Shown here: in pieces, positions 38,266-47,875 of the stretch | Layout of the letters: every line of letters begins with the position of its first letter | Numbering within the stretch: the stretch's first letter is position 1 | Source of the DNA: Spirochaetota bacterium | Lineage (GTDB): Bacteria > Spirochaetota > Spirochaetia > JABEVK01 | Direction of reading: 5' to 3' | NCBI GenBank assembly: GCA_020049045.1 | Contig: JAIFLN010000101.1 | Span: 2,117-66,116, forward strand | DNA length: 64,000 nt | Notes under the pieces: model-generated | The model's input: only the letters and a program-made list of their open reading frames with translations | What the model was told of the DNA's origin: nothing | The model's database searches: none | Made by a program: the position numbers and the translations under genes

Positions 38266-39771
38266 TCACGGAACGGAGGAAAAATCACTGGGTGTCTTAC
38301 CAGTCACTTTCTTGAAAAGCCTGGCAAAATAGTTGGGATCCGAATAGCCGCACTCTTTGCTGACTTGTTTGATGCTCACACCGGGAAGCGAGAGCATGAC
38401 CTTGGCTTTCTCAATACGATAATCAATCAGGTACTCTGAAAAGCCCTGACCCAGCTCATCAACAAAAAGCCGCGACAGTCGTTTGGCACTGATACCTGCC
38501 CGTTCGGCTACGAGATCGAGGGTGAGAGGCTGTCCGAAGTTGACACGGATATACTCCATAGCCCTGGAAACCCATACCGACCACCTTTGCGCACGGCTAA
38601 GGGCCCCGGTAATGGCGGGAAGCCGCGAACGCGCCAGAAGGCAGAACTCCTGACCGTCGGCAGCCTGCCTGAGGTCGTCAAAATCCATTCCATGATGGGC
38701 AACAGACTCTTCAAGGTATCCGAGCGCGACGAGCCGGCCCAGGGCCCATCCTAACAAGGCCACAATTCGGTAGCGGTCCGACAGGGAGGGGTTGCCAGCC
38801 TCAAATGGAACCAGCAACGCTTCAAAGCAATATCGGACCCGGTCTTGGTCCCCTTCCATCAGGGCTGTCTGGAATTCTTCTTCTTCCTCAAAAGTCCCCC
38901 CCGAGGCAAACCGAGCCGAAGCGGCAGGGGTTTTTCCAGAGAGTCGGATCAAGGCCTCAGGCCAGGCTTGAGCCAGCTCTTCCACCAAACGGGGCCGGGC
39001 AAATCCAAGGCGGAGGTTTTCTGGCTGCAGGTGCTCACCGGGTGCGGCTCTGAGAGTGGCTACCAGCTGGGCTTCAGCTTCCTCGGCCTCCGAAGCCGAA
39101 CCCAAAGCCTGGAAAATCAAGCATCGGCCCGATGCCATTGGACCACAAAAAGCCCGGCTTTTGTACTGGAGAACAAGGTCAAGAGCCTTTCGGCCTTCCT
39201 GGGCACTGTGGACAAAGGCCGCGACGGCAATCAGCCCCCACGGTTTGTCAATGCCGATCCATTCCCGCAGCCCCCGCATTCCGAGGTCATTCCGGCCCAG
39301 CATCAAACCGGTCAGATAGGCCTCGACCACATAGCCGCGGAGCTGCACATCTTTTTCCTGCCCGTCGAATTCTCTCCGCTTTTCCTCAGCTCGGCGATCG
39401 AGCTGGTCGGAGGCTGTCTTCAGTGCCTGACCGAGGGCATCCTTGGTCACAGGCTTGAGCAGATACCCTGAAATCCCCAGCTCAAGGGCCTCACGGGCGA
39501 TATCAAAGCGCTCGTAGGCGGTTGAGAGGATGAATGCCGCCAAAGAACCCCTGCGGCGAAGTTCCCGAATGGTATCAAGGCCTGAAAGCCCCGGCATCCG
39601 GACATCGAGAACAATAATATCGGGTTGTAGTGAGGCCACCTTTTCCAGGGTCTCACGCCCTGAAGAAGCGGTGCCCACCACCGTGAAGGCGTCAGCCAGC
39701 TCCCGTTCGACGATGCGGACAAGGTGATCCACCACGGGCTGCTCATCATCGACTACCAGGATCCGTTTCAT
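38266..39771 (-). CDS. YesN-like response regulator (REC + AraC)
   Basis: ILVVDDE, DVRMPG, YLLKP; C-terminal AraC GYSDPNYFARLFKK.TG.TP. Confidence 0.93.
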   Translation of the reverse strand: MKRILVVDDEQPVVDHLVRIVERELADAFTVVGTASSGRETLEKVASLQPDIIVLDVRMPGLSGLDTIRELRRRGSLAAFILSTAYERFDIAREALELGISGYLLKPVTKDALGQALKTASDQLDRRAEEKRREFDGQEKDVQLRGYVVEAYLTGLMLGRNDLGMRGLREWIGIDKPWGLIAVAAFVHSAQEGRKALDLVLQYKSRAFCGPMASGRCLIFQALGSASEAEEAEAQLVATLRAAPGEHLQPENLRLGFARPRLVEELAQAWPEALIRLSGKTPAASARFASGGTFEEEEEFQTALMEGDQDRVRYCFEALLVPFEAGNPSLSDRYRIVALLGWALGRLVALGYLEESVAHHGMDFDDLRQAADGQEFCLLARSRLPAITGALSRAQRWSVWVSRAMEYIRVNFGQPLTLDLVAERAGISAKRLSRLFVDELGQGFSEYLIDYRIEKAKVMLSLPGVSIKQVSKECGYSDPNYFARLFKKVTGKTPSDFSSVP

Positions 39772-41246
39772 CCCAAGACCTCCGGGGACGATAGGGGCAG
39801 CACAATCCGAACCAAAAGCCCCTGACCTTCCCCGCTGACAAGTTCCACCCTTCCCCGACCATTGGTAGACAGGTGCAGGCGCCGGATCACATTGCGCAAC
39901 CCGATGCCGTGCCCTGGTGATTTGTCAAAATCGGCGGCTTCGGTGAGAATCGCCAGTCTTTCCGATTCCGCCATTCCCGCTCCGTTATCGCTGACGGTCA
40001 AAACGGCTTGTTCTTTCTCCCTTGTTCCCCGGATTGTGATCAACCCGCCGGTTTCGATATCCGCCAAGCCATGGCTGATGGAATTCTCTATCAGCGGTTG
40101 AAGAATAAGTGCAGGAACCTCAACGCTGACAATGGACTCGTCCATTCGGATATCAAAAGCAAAGCGTTGGCCAAAACGCAGCCGCAGTAGAAAAATATAC
40201 CGGTTCACACATTCCAATTCGTCTGAAATCAGCACAAACCGGTCAGGGGGGGTCAAAGCATAACGGATAAAAACAGCCAGATTCTCGAGGAAGGCTTCGG
40301 TACGCTGAGCTCCTTCAACTCCGGCCAGCTGAAGGCCTGCAGAAAGGGTGTTAAACAAAAAATGGGGGTTGATCTGTGTTTGGAGAGCCAGCAGCTCCGC
40401 ATCTTTGAGACGGTGGTTCAGCTCGAGCACTTGCATCCGCTCTTCAAGCAGGGTTCTTTCGACGTCAGCCCTGGATTGAAGGTCAAGAAAGGACTGCTGA
40501 ATGCTCAAGCGCATTTGGGCAAAGCTGTACGCGAGAGTAGCGATTTCATCTTGGCTGTTGAGCTGCGGAATTGGAATCTGATAGTCTCCTCTTCCCACGG
40601 CCGAAGCGGCTTCCGCAAGTCGGGACAACGGTTCGGTGAGCTTTCGGGAATAACCGAGAAGCAAACTGAATCCCAGCAAGGTGGCGGCTAAAACCAGGAC
40701 AGCATTCGACAAAAGAACACCAGGAATGAGGTTGCGGTACAGGGAAAAGGCTTGCAAGGCCTGGGAAAGGAACCGGGCCTTCAGATCAGAGATCAAGATG
40801 CGGGCACCGGCCGCATGCCGGGCTGAAGTCTCATAGCGCTCGACATACCCCGGAATATCCCTTCCCCGCTTGGCTTGAATGCCGATTTCTGCCACCCGTA
40901 AATAAGTATCAAAGGTCCGTGTGAGGTCTCTTTGGAGAAGAAGGATCTCATCGGATACAATGTCACGGTTCAACTCCCGGGCTTGGTCTGTCAGATGGGT
41001 TGAGGCTTTGATGAAATCCTTCAGGGATTCCGAGCTTTTGGTTCTCAAATATTCTGAAAAACTGGCTTCGGTCTGGCTCAGGGCCCCCTGCAGCCTTTCG
41101 AGGACCAGATTGTTGCGAAACAGCACCTCGACGCTTTGATCAAGCTCCAGTGAAGCGAACCCTGTGTACAACGTCGCAGCGGCCATAAGAAGCAAGATGA
41201 GGGCCGAGTTGGCAAGGATTTTCCTGCGAACGGTTCCCGCTCTCAT
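39768..41246 (-). CDS. YesM/LytS-type sensor histidine kinase
   Basis: Two TMs, HAMP, LQTQINPHFLFNTL, LQPLIENSISHG, DNGAG, GIGLRNV. Confidence 0.93.
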   Translation of the reverse strand: MRAGTVRRKILANSALILLLMAAATLYTGFASLELDQSVEVLFRNNLVLERLQGALSQTEASFSEYLRTKSSESLKDFIKASTHLTDQARELNRDIVSDEILLLQRDLTRTFDTYLRVAEIGIQAKRGRDIPGYVERYETSARHAAGARILISDLKARFLSQALQAFSLYRNLIPGVLLSNAVLVLAATLLGFSLLLGYSRKLTEPLSRLAEAASAVGRGDYQIPIPQLNSQDEIATLAYSFAQMRLSIQQSFLDLQSRADVERTLLEERMQVLELNHRLKDAELLALQTQINPHFLFNTLSAGLQLAGVEGAQRTEAFLENLAVFIRYALTPPDRFVLISDELECVNRYIFLLRLRFGQRFAFDIRMDESIVSVEVPALILQPLIENSISHGLADIETGGLITIRGTREKEQAVLTVSDNGAGMAESERLAILTEAADFDKSPGHGIGLRNVIRRLHLSTNGRGRVELVSGEGQGLLVRIVLPLSSPEVLG

Positions 41247-42232
41247 GGCTGAGCGGCCTTGTTGCTGCGGACTTTGAAGCCAACTTCGACGGCCGACCGA
41301 AAAGGGGTACCCTCCCGCGCCGCCAGAAAAGAGGAAAGGGCCACTGCCCCCATTTTGCGGGAATCCCGGACAACACTGGCGGCAATCACTCCCTTGTCCA
41401 CAAGGCGGTCAATGGTCACGGATTCATCGGTACCGATGATCACGACCCTGCCCACACGGCCCAGTTCAACCACCACTTGAGCCGCTCCTTCTGTTATGGG
41501 CGCACTGGCGCAAACCAAGGCGTTGATAGACGGTTGGGAGCGAAGTAGATTGGAAGCCGCTTCTTCCCCCGACAAGAATCCAGGACCCACACGGGCGACT
41601 TGCAGAATCTCCGCACCCTGGTAGGGGCGCAAGGCCAGGGAAACACCATGAAAAACCGGATCGCTTCTGGCATCGGAATCACCTTCAGAAGTCAGAAGAA
41701 CGCCAACCCGCGCAGACTGCCCCTTGAGACGCCCCAGCAAGGTTCCACTTTCCACACCTTGAAGAAAGCTGCTTGAGCCGATGAAACCCTGACCCGAACC
41801 ACCGGGAGCTTGCGTTCCGACGGGGATAAACACGACATTTTCCGCTTCGGCCTGAGCCACGCGGGCCCGCTGGTCTCTCTCAGAACCGGTAAAGAGCACC
41901 ACCCCATCCACATGGCTGGATAAACAAAGTTGAAAGTACGCCTCGGCCTCTTCGGGAGCGCTTTCCCGGTATCGGAAGACTTGAATGGCTACCTCGGAAG
42001 CGGCCGAGTTTTCGCGGACTCCTGCAATCAAGCCATCGAAAAAAGAGTCTGTAGTGTCGGGGATGACCAGGGCCAGGTGATGCTTGGCCGGTAGTTCTCT
42101 TGTCTTGGTGCCGAGGATACCCTCATCAAGAGCTTTTCGAGCCTGGTTGATCAGAACGAGGTTCATGGTGGTGGCACCGGCAAGTGCCAGACCAAACAAG
42201 AGAACCAGAAACCAACTGACCTGACGGAACAC
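41243..42232 (-). CDS. Membrane-anchored periplasmic sugar-binding (PBP1-fold) sensor protein
   Basis: N-terminal TM; DSFFDGLIAG, VDGVV, FIGS, IIGTDE, GVIAASVVRD..KMG; overlaps the kinase start. Confidence 0.8.
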   Translation of the reverse strand: MFRQVSWFLVLLFGLALAGATTMNLVLINQARKALDEGILGTKTRELPAKHHLALVIPDTTDSFFDGLIAGVRENSAASEVAIQVFRYRESAPEEAEAYFQLCLSSHVDGVVLFTGSERDQRARVAQAEAENVVFIPVGTQAPGGSGQGFIGSSSFLQGVESGTLLGRLKGQSARVGVLLTSEGDSDARSDPVFHGVSLALRPYQGAEILQVARVGPGFLSGEEAASNLLRSQPSINALVCASAPITEGAAQVVVELGRVGRVVIIGTDESVTIDRLVDKGVIAASVVRDSRKMGAVALSSFLAAREGTPFRSAVEVGFKVRSNKAAQP

Positions 42233-42247
42233 GGGTGAGCCTCCGTA

Positions 42248-43363
42248 TCAGAAAAGAAGGCTGAGGGTGACGACTGTCAAACCACTTTCCCGAACTTGAG
42301 TGACCACAGATTCGAAGCGGACTCCAACTTTTTGACATTCCTCGGTGAGGTAACTGAGATAATACAAACCCAGTTCCATACTTCCTTCCACTTCCGCAGG
42401 GCTGTCTTTATAAAACTCAAGGAGGGCACGCGGTTTGTTGGCTTGTTCAAAATATCCGGCTTCTTTATTGAATATCCGAACCTGAAGCCGCTCTCTGGTA
42501 ACCTTCCAGGAAAGAAAAACATCCTGATTTCTAACCCGCATCTCTTCTACAATCATGCGGCGCATTTCAAGGTCGTAGGTTACCGCCATGGGATCAAGGG
42601 TGCCTTTGTACCGGCTTTTGGAAAAACTCTGGATGTTGGAATTCTCAAGCATAATGGCCAGCTCTGTGGTCATCAGCGAAAGGTATTCGGCAACCTTGGA
42701 TTTAACCATGAACACCTTGAGAATGCTTTCAACGTCGGCCAGCAGAAGGGGGAAATCGCTGCTTTCTTTGAATTTGACCAAGATAAACCAGGTAAAGGGC
42801 CTGAGAACGGTGAGAAACTTGTCCGCAAGGAAGAGCTGAATGTTCTTTTCTTCGGGAAGGAGAGTTTCATTGGCCTGGACTTCGGCCACGATGGCCCTCA
42901 GAATCTCCTGCTTGATGGCGGTGGAAGCCACCTTGGTCTTTTCAAGGGCTTGAAGCAGCGAGGCATCGCTGACAACGGTCTTGCGGTCGATGATGCTGGT
43001 AGGATTGGCTTTGTTCCACTGCCGCACCACTTCGGAATCGAGGGTCTTGCTGAAAACCAGATCGTCGAAACGCCGGTACAGGGTTCCATAAGTAATCAGC
43101 TTGGTCAGATCCATAAGGTCCTGACGCTTGGAAAGAAACTCAGGTCGGCTGACTTCCATCGATGAGATGTAGTTGATCAGAAGCATCTTTTGCACTGAGG
43201 GCGGTGAAAACGAATCGAAGAGAATACCGAACTGCTCGGGTTCATCACCAAGCTTGTATTTCGTGAGTTTCTTATTGCTGGCAACGAAGAACTTGACTCC
43301 TTCTTCGTTGAAGAGAATTTTCAGCGGGAGTTCCAGGATTTTCTTTCGTTTTTCTCCCGCCAT
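42248..43363 (-). CDS. Conserved hypothetical protein, possible degenerate C-terminal GHKL/HATPase fold
   Basis: Long ORF with native codon usage; C-terminal ELAIMLEN ... LQVRIFNKEAG ... ELGLYYL pattern. Confidence 0.7.
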   Translation of the reverse strand: MAGEKRKKILELPLKILFNEEGVKFFVASNKKLTKYKLGDEPEQFGILFDSFSPPSVQKMLLINYISSMEVSRPEFLSKRQDLMDLTKLITYGTLYRRFDDLVFSKTLDSEVVRQWNKANPTSIIDRKTVVSDASLLQALEKTKVASTAIKQEILRAIVAEVQANETLLPEEKNIQLFLADKFLTVLRPFTWFILVKFKESSDFPLLLADVESILKVFMVKSKVAEYLSLMTTELAIMLENSNIQSFSKSRYKGTLDPMAVTYDLEMRRMIVEEMRVRNQDVFLSWKVTRERLQVRIFNKEAGYFEQANKPRALLEFYKDSPAEVEGSMELGLYYLSYLTEECQKVGVRFESVVTQVRESGLTVVTLSLLF

Positions 43364-43371
43364 TTTGTCCC

Positions 43372-43884
43372 TCACCAATGCTCGTAGGAGACGATCCTCG
43401 CCTTGGAAAGGCGGTGAGGCTCCCCTGTTCTCTTTTCGGCTACATGTCCAATAACCAAGAGGAGAAGAATACGCATGGAATAGGGAACCGTGAGGAGTTC
43501 CCGAATGTCATCTTCTTGAAAGGTGGTGTTGATGCAGCAACCCAAACCTTCGTGAAAGGCCTGCAGTTCCATATAGGCCGAGGCAAAGGAAAGATCGACT
43601 GGATAAGCCAGCTGACCATTGGGCATGCGGTAATCAATGTTAGTGGAACACACGGCGATGATGACGGGAGCTTGCCCGACCCAGGGCTCGTTGTACGCCG
43701 CTTCCTGAATCTTTCGCCGGTAGCCGGCATCCTGGATGACCACGAAACGCCAAGGTTGGCGGTTCTTGGCCGAAGGGGCTCTGCGGCCTGCTTCCAGAAT
43801 CCGGTCCAAGGCTTCGGGTGAAACCGGATCGGGGAGGAACGCGTTGGCGCTGAACCGCTGTTGAATGACGGGTACCAAGTCCAT
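43372..43884 (-). CDS. Nitroreductase family protein
   Basis: RFSANAF, ILEAGRRAPSAKNRQPWRFVVI, GLGCC. Confidence 0.92.
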   Translation of the reverse strand: MDLVPVIQQRFSANAFLPDPVSPEALDRILEAGRRAPSAKNRQPWRFVVIQDAGYRRKIQEAAYNEPWVGQAPVIIAVCSTNIDYRMPNGQLAYPVDLSFASAYMELQAFHEGLGCCINTTFQEDDIRELLTVPYSMRILLLLVIGHVAEKRTGEPHRLSKARIVSYEHW

Positions 43885-43929
43885 GATTGAAGTAAGGGAA
43901 GTATACACGAACTTGTGCAAGTGTCAAAG

Positions 43930-45927
43930 ATGACATATTTTAGGGCGGTGAGAGGTGCATTACTCCCCATCCTGTTTTTTTGCTGTGTTTTTCTCGAAAC
44001 GGCGCCGACGATGGCGGTTGCCGCACCGGAGACAGCTGAACCGGGGGCCGTGGCCGCCTGGTTGGGAGAAATGGGGGACCGGCGGGAGGGATCGGCGGCA
44101 GAGGTCCAAGTTTTCGCCGCACTCAGGACCTGGTTTTCTTCCAGATCCGATTTTCATGAGGCGGCGTTTCAACGCCTGGACGGCGAGCATTCCTTTTCCA
44201 GACAAATCTGGTTTCGGATACCGGGAAAAGTCCCGGGAGAACTCGTTGTCGTGGTCCCCACCGACGGCAAAAATCATCGAGGGATAGCCTGGGCGGCCGC
44301 CTGGGCCGACAAAGCACTGGTTTCCGGTTCAGAGGTTTCGCTGACGTTTCTTTTTACAGGTGGCGAACGCGGCAGGGGAGAGTCTGCTGGTCTCGGGTCC
44401 CGAACCTTTCTCGCAGATTTTTTTCCCAGCGCACCCGTTGCGGTGCTGTACCTGGACAGTACAACTATCACCGAGGAAGTGACCATCACTTCAGAATCAG
44501 GTAGTTTTCCTTCCCCGCTGTGGATGGTACAGGGCCTGACCGAAGCCTTTCAGAAACTGAAGCTGGATCCTCATTTCACAGGAACAGTACCGTCCCTGTT
44601 CCGGCTTGACCTGCCCGAACGGCGCAACGCCATGCACCCTTGGTTCCAGAGGTCAATTCCCGCAGTCTGGATTCAGGGAGGGCCGGTCAACCTCAGCGTG
44701 GTTCAGGCGCTGCAGCAGTTTTCTGCCTCGTTTCCAGAAGGTCTTCCTGCCTATTGGGACCGCCACTATCTCGCCTTTGACTTTGGATCGTGGAAATTTT
44801 TCTGGGGGCAACAGACATACTTGCTCGTCTTTCTGGGTGTGGCTGCTTTTCTACTCTTCGGTTACGCCCTTCTTGGCAGGAGCAGGCGGGGTAGTTTGAG
44901 AATTCTGGGGCATGGTTTTTGGCAGCTGCCCGTTTTACTGACGATCGTATTTTTGGGTTTGCAGGCCGGAGGTCTGCTGACCGACTGGATTCAGCAGATT
45001 CGGGGAGAACCGGATCTCTGGAAACGAGCACCATTGATGCTGGCAACCCTGAAAGCACTGGTGACTGTCACACTATATCTGCTGGTTATGCTCCCCTTCC
45101 GCCGTACTCCCCTCAGCAGGAATCCGGACTTCTACAGCCAAGCGGCCTTGGTGTGGCTAGGACTGATGACTCTGGCTGCAGCGGTGTTTGAATTAAGCTT
45201 CTCTTTTTATTTTCTCTGGGCCCTGGTCTGGGCTGCTGTGCTGGTCACCGTTCTCTGGCGCCCTGTGGAGTGGATAGCCCTTTTGATGGGTCCTGTGTGG
45301 GTGTTCAAAGCCGGTTACGAAGCGCTCGGTCCTCATCCGGATCTGGAGCTGGCCCGCTGGGTGCTGCAGTCACCGCTGGCTGGGAACTTTGTTCTGGCGG
45401 TGTTGTTCTTTCCCTTTCTTCTGCAGATCAACTCCTGGCATCTTCGAGGCCACCGCGAGCAAGCCCGCAATGAAGGTTTGCGTGCCGGCATTCAGCTGTC
45501 GTTCTGGGCTTTGGCAACGATATCCCTGGGGTTTCTGGTCCTTAGGATGGAGGTTGCTCCGCTACCTCCCGGCCCGCCGCCCATCGAGCGGGTGGAAGCA
45601 AAAGACTTTTGGAAAACACAGGTGGCGCGGTCGGCCTTCCTCGATAGAACCGTCTGGAACCTTCGTTTTTCCGGTCCGACGGCCCCTGAAGAAGTGGAAC
45701 TTGAGTTGGTCGCAGAAGGGCCGCTGACGGTCTATGACTGTTCTTTTCCTTTCATCCTGGATGCGCAAGGGCACCGCGCCCGTATTGTGGTGGGACGCCA
45801 AAGCCCCCTGCCCCTCGATCTGAGGCTCACCCTCCCCAAATCGACCAAGGCCCAGCTGATGGTCCGCGTGTTGCTGGCACCGGAACATCCTTTGGAAGTC
45901 ATCGATACCATCGAGCTCAATCCATGA
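43930..45927 (+). CDS. Polytopic membrane protein with M28-peptidase-like ectodomain (start uncertain, 43915-43948)
   Basis: Signal peptide; ELVVVVP, LTFLFTGGE, GSRTF, VLYLD, PWFQRSIPAVWI; about 8-9 TM helices; beta-rich C-terminal domain. Confidence 0.7.
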   Translation: MTYFRAVRGALLPILFFCCVFLETAPTMAVAAPETAEPGAVAAWLGEMGDRREGSAAEVQVFAALRTWFSSRSDFHEAAFQRLDGEHSFSRQIWFRIPGKVPGELVVVVPTDGKNHRGIAWAAAWADKALVSGSEVSLTFLFTGGERGRGESAGLGSRTFLADFFPSAPVAVLYLDSTTITEEVTITSESGSFPSPLWMVQGLTEAFQKLKLDPHFTGTVPSLFRLDLPERRNAMHPWFQRSIPAVWIQGGPVNLSVVQALQQFSASFPEGLPAYWDRHYLAFDFGSWKFFWGQQTYLLVFLGVAAFLLFGYALLGRSRRGSLRILGHGFWQLPVLLTIVFLGLQAGGLLTDWIQQIRGEPDLWKRAPLMLATLKALVTVTLYLLVMLPFRRTPLSRNPDFYSQAALVWLGLMTLAAAVFELSFSFYFLWALVWAAVLVTVLWRPVEWIALLMGPVWVFKAGYEALGPHPDLELARWVLQSPLAGNFVLAVLFFPFLLQINSWHLRGHREQARNEGLRAGIQLSFWALATISLGFLVLRMEVAPLPPGPPPIERVEAKDFWKTQVARSAFLDRTVWNLRFSGPTAPEEVELELVAEGPLTVYDCSFPFILDAQGHRARIVVGRQSPLPLDLRLTLPKSTKAQLMVRVLLAPEHPLEVIDTIELNP

Positions 45928-47105
45928 CCCAAACGATACGGTTCCATCTCGACCTCGATGCGTTTTTTGCCTCGGTGGAACAGCTGGATCATCCCGAGTG
46001 GAAGGGAAAACCCGTGATTGTGGGAGCCAGACCAGGCGGTCGCGGCGTTGTCTCAACGTGTTCGTATGAGGCTCGGGCTTTCGGTGTCCGTTCGGCCTTG
46101 CCGATTTCCGAGGCCTACAGGCTGTGCCCTCAAGGCATTTATGTGCCACCCCGGATGGAGAGGTACCACCAGCTAAGCCTCGAGGTGATGGCCATTCTTC
46201 GCCAAAGCGCTCCCCGCTTCTGCCAGATGTCTGTGGATGAGGCGTATCTCGATATGACGGGCACACGGGTCCTTATGGGCCCTGAGGAAGAAGTCGCTCG
46301 TGCCCTGAAGAACCGCATCTTCTCAGAAACGGGTTTGAAAGTGAGCATTGGCATTGCGCCCACGTGGTATTTGGCCAAGATCGCCTCGGACTTCGGCAAG
46401 CCAGATGGTCTCTATGTCATTTCCCCTGAAAGAATTGATGCTTTTCTTGAGGCACTTCCCCTTAAGAAACTGCATGGCGCCGGGGGGAAAACCCGCGAAC
46501 GGCTGGAGGCTCAGGGAATTACCAGTGTGTCGGCGCTGCGGGCGCTGAGCCGGGAAGCCTTGCACCGCATGATGGGGGAAAACGGTGGTGAGTTTCTTTG
46601 GCTGGCAGGCCGCGGGGAGGCGGATTACAACCCCTTCCGTGGCGCTCAGAGCCGTTCCGTGTCAGCAGAAACCACCTTTGGAGAGGATACCGCTGACCTC
46701 GAAGTTCTGGAAACTACCCTGAAAGTCCTCTGTCAGGAGGTCACCTTTCGGGCTATGGCAGAGGGCTGGAGGAGCCGCACTCCCCATCTCAAATTGCGAT
46801 GGTCGGATTTTACAACGGTGAATGCTCAAACCACCCTGAGCCGGACGGTGGCGTCCTCCACCGAACTGTATAAAGTGATCCGTGACCTGTTTGGTGCCCG
46901 CTGGACCCCTGGAAAAACCGTAAGGCTGATCGGTGTCGGTCTGGGTGGTCTGGAGGAAGCCGGGGGATTTGATCAGGGGGACCTGTTTGAAGGAGAAAAT
47001 GAAAAACAGGGCCGGGTGGAAAAGGCTCTGGTTGCATTGCAAAAGAAGCACCCGGAAGGGGCTGCGGTGGTAAGGGCCAGCTTAATGGGCAAAAACAGGA
47101 GATAA
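45924..47105 (+). CDS. dinB: DNA polymerase IV
   Basis: HLDLDAFFASVE, RGVVSTCSYEARAFGVRSA, SVDEAYLD, AKIASDFGKPDG, RLIGV. Confidence 0.96.
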   Translation: MTQTIRFHLDLDAFFASVEQLDHPEWKGKPVIVGARPGGRGVVSTCSYEARAFGVRSALPISEAYRLCPQGIYVPPRMERYHQLSLEVMAILRQSAPRFCQMSVDEAYLDMTGTRVLMGPEEEVARALKNRIFSETGLKVSIGIAPTWYLAKIASDFGKPDGLYVISPERIDAFLEALPLKKLHGAGGKTRERLEAQGITSVSALRALSREALHRMMGENGGEFLWLAGRGEADYNPFRGAQSRSVSAETTFGEDTADLEVLETTLKVLCQEVTFRAMAEGWRSRTPHLKLRWSDFTTVNAQTTLSRTVASSTELYKVIRDLFGARWTPGKTVRLIGVGLGGLEEAGGFDQGDLFEGENEKQGRVEKALVALQKKHPEGAAVVRASLMGKNRR

Positions 47106-47109
47106 GGCG

Positions 47110-47856
47110 ATGAAACAACAGACGCTGAAATGGGGAGAGGGAGTCACCCTCACAACCTATGTGCTCGATGGAAAACGACCTCGGGGTGCCGTTCTGGTTC
47201 TACCAGGCGGGGCCTACAGAATGACTTCCGACCGTGAGGCTGAACCTATTGCCCTGCGGTTTACCGCAGCAGGTTTCCATGCCTTTGTTCTGCGCTACAG
47301 CGTCGCACCAAACCGGCACCCCAAGCCTTTGCAGGATGCCCAGAAAGCCCTCGATCTGATCCGTTCCCAGTCATCCGAATGGAACCTTGACCCGGCCAAA
47401 GTGGCTGTCTGCGGTTTTTCGGCGGGGGGACATCTGGCAGCCAGCCTCGGTGTTTTTGGAAATCCCAGACCCGACGCGCTGATTCTAAGTTATCCGGTCA
47501 TCACCAGCGGGCCGTTCGCCCATCAGGGCTCGTTTGAGAATCTTCTGGGACAGGAGGCCCCGGCCCCAGTTCAAGCCCAGTTATCGCTGGAAACCCAGGT
47601 AACCGACAAAACTCCACCGACGTTTCTTTGGCATACCTACGACGATGCCGCAGTGCCCCTGGAAAACACCCTGCTGTTTGCCGGGGCCCTTCGGCAAGCT
47701 GCGGTTCCTTTTGAACTGCACGTTTTTCCCAAGGGTCGTCACGGTATTTCACTGGCCGAAGCCGAGACTGACTTTGAGGACGGCGGCGGCATCGATGCGC
47801 ACGTTGCCCGCTGGATGGGGCTGTGTGTGGAGTGGCTGACGCTGCAGTTCCTCTAG
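47110..47856 (+). CDS. Alpha/beta-hydrolase, carbohydrate (acetyl)esterase-like
   Basis: PGGAY, GFSAGGHLA, YPVI, PPTFLWHT.DD..VP, FELHVFPKGRHG. Confidence 0.88.
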   Translation: MKQQTLKWGEGVTLTTYVLDGKRPRGAVLVLPGGAYRMTSDREAEPIALRFTAAGFHAFVLRYSVAPNRHPKPLQDAQKALDLIRSQSSEWNLDPAKVAVCGFSAGGHLAASLGVFGNPRPDALILSYPVITSGPFAHQGSFENLLGQEAPAPVQAQLSLETQVTDKTPPTFLWHTYDDAAVPLENTLLFAGALRQAAVPFELHVFPKGRHGISLAEAETDFEDGGGIDAHVARWMGLCVEWLTLQFL

Positions 47857-47875
47857 TCTGCGCAGATTTTCTAGA

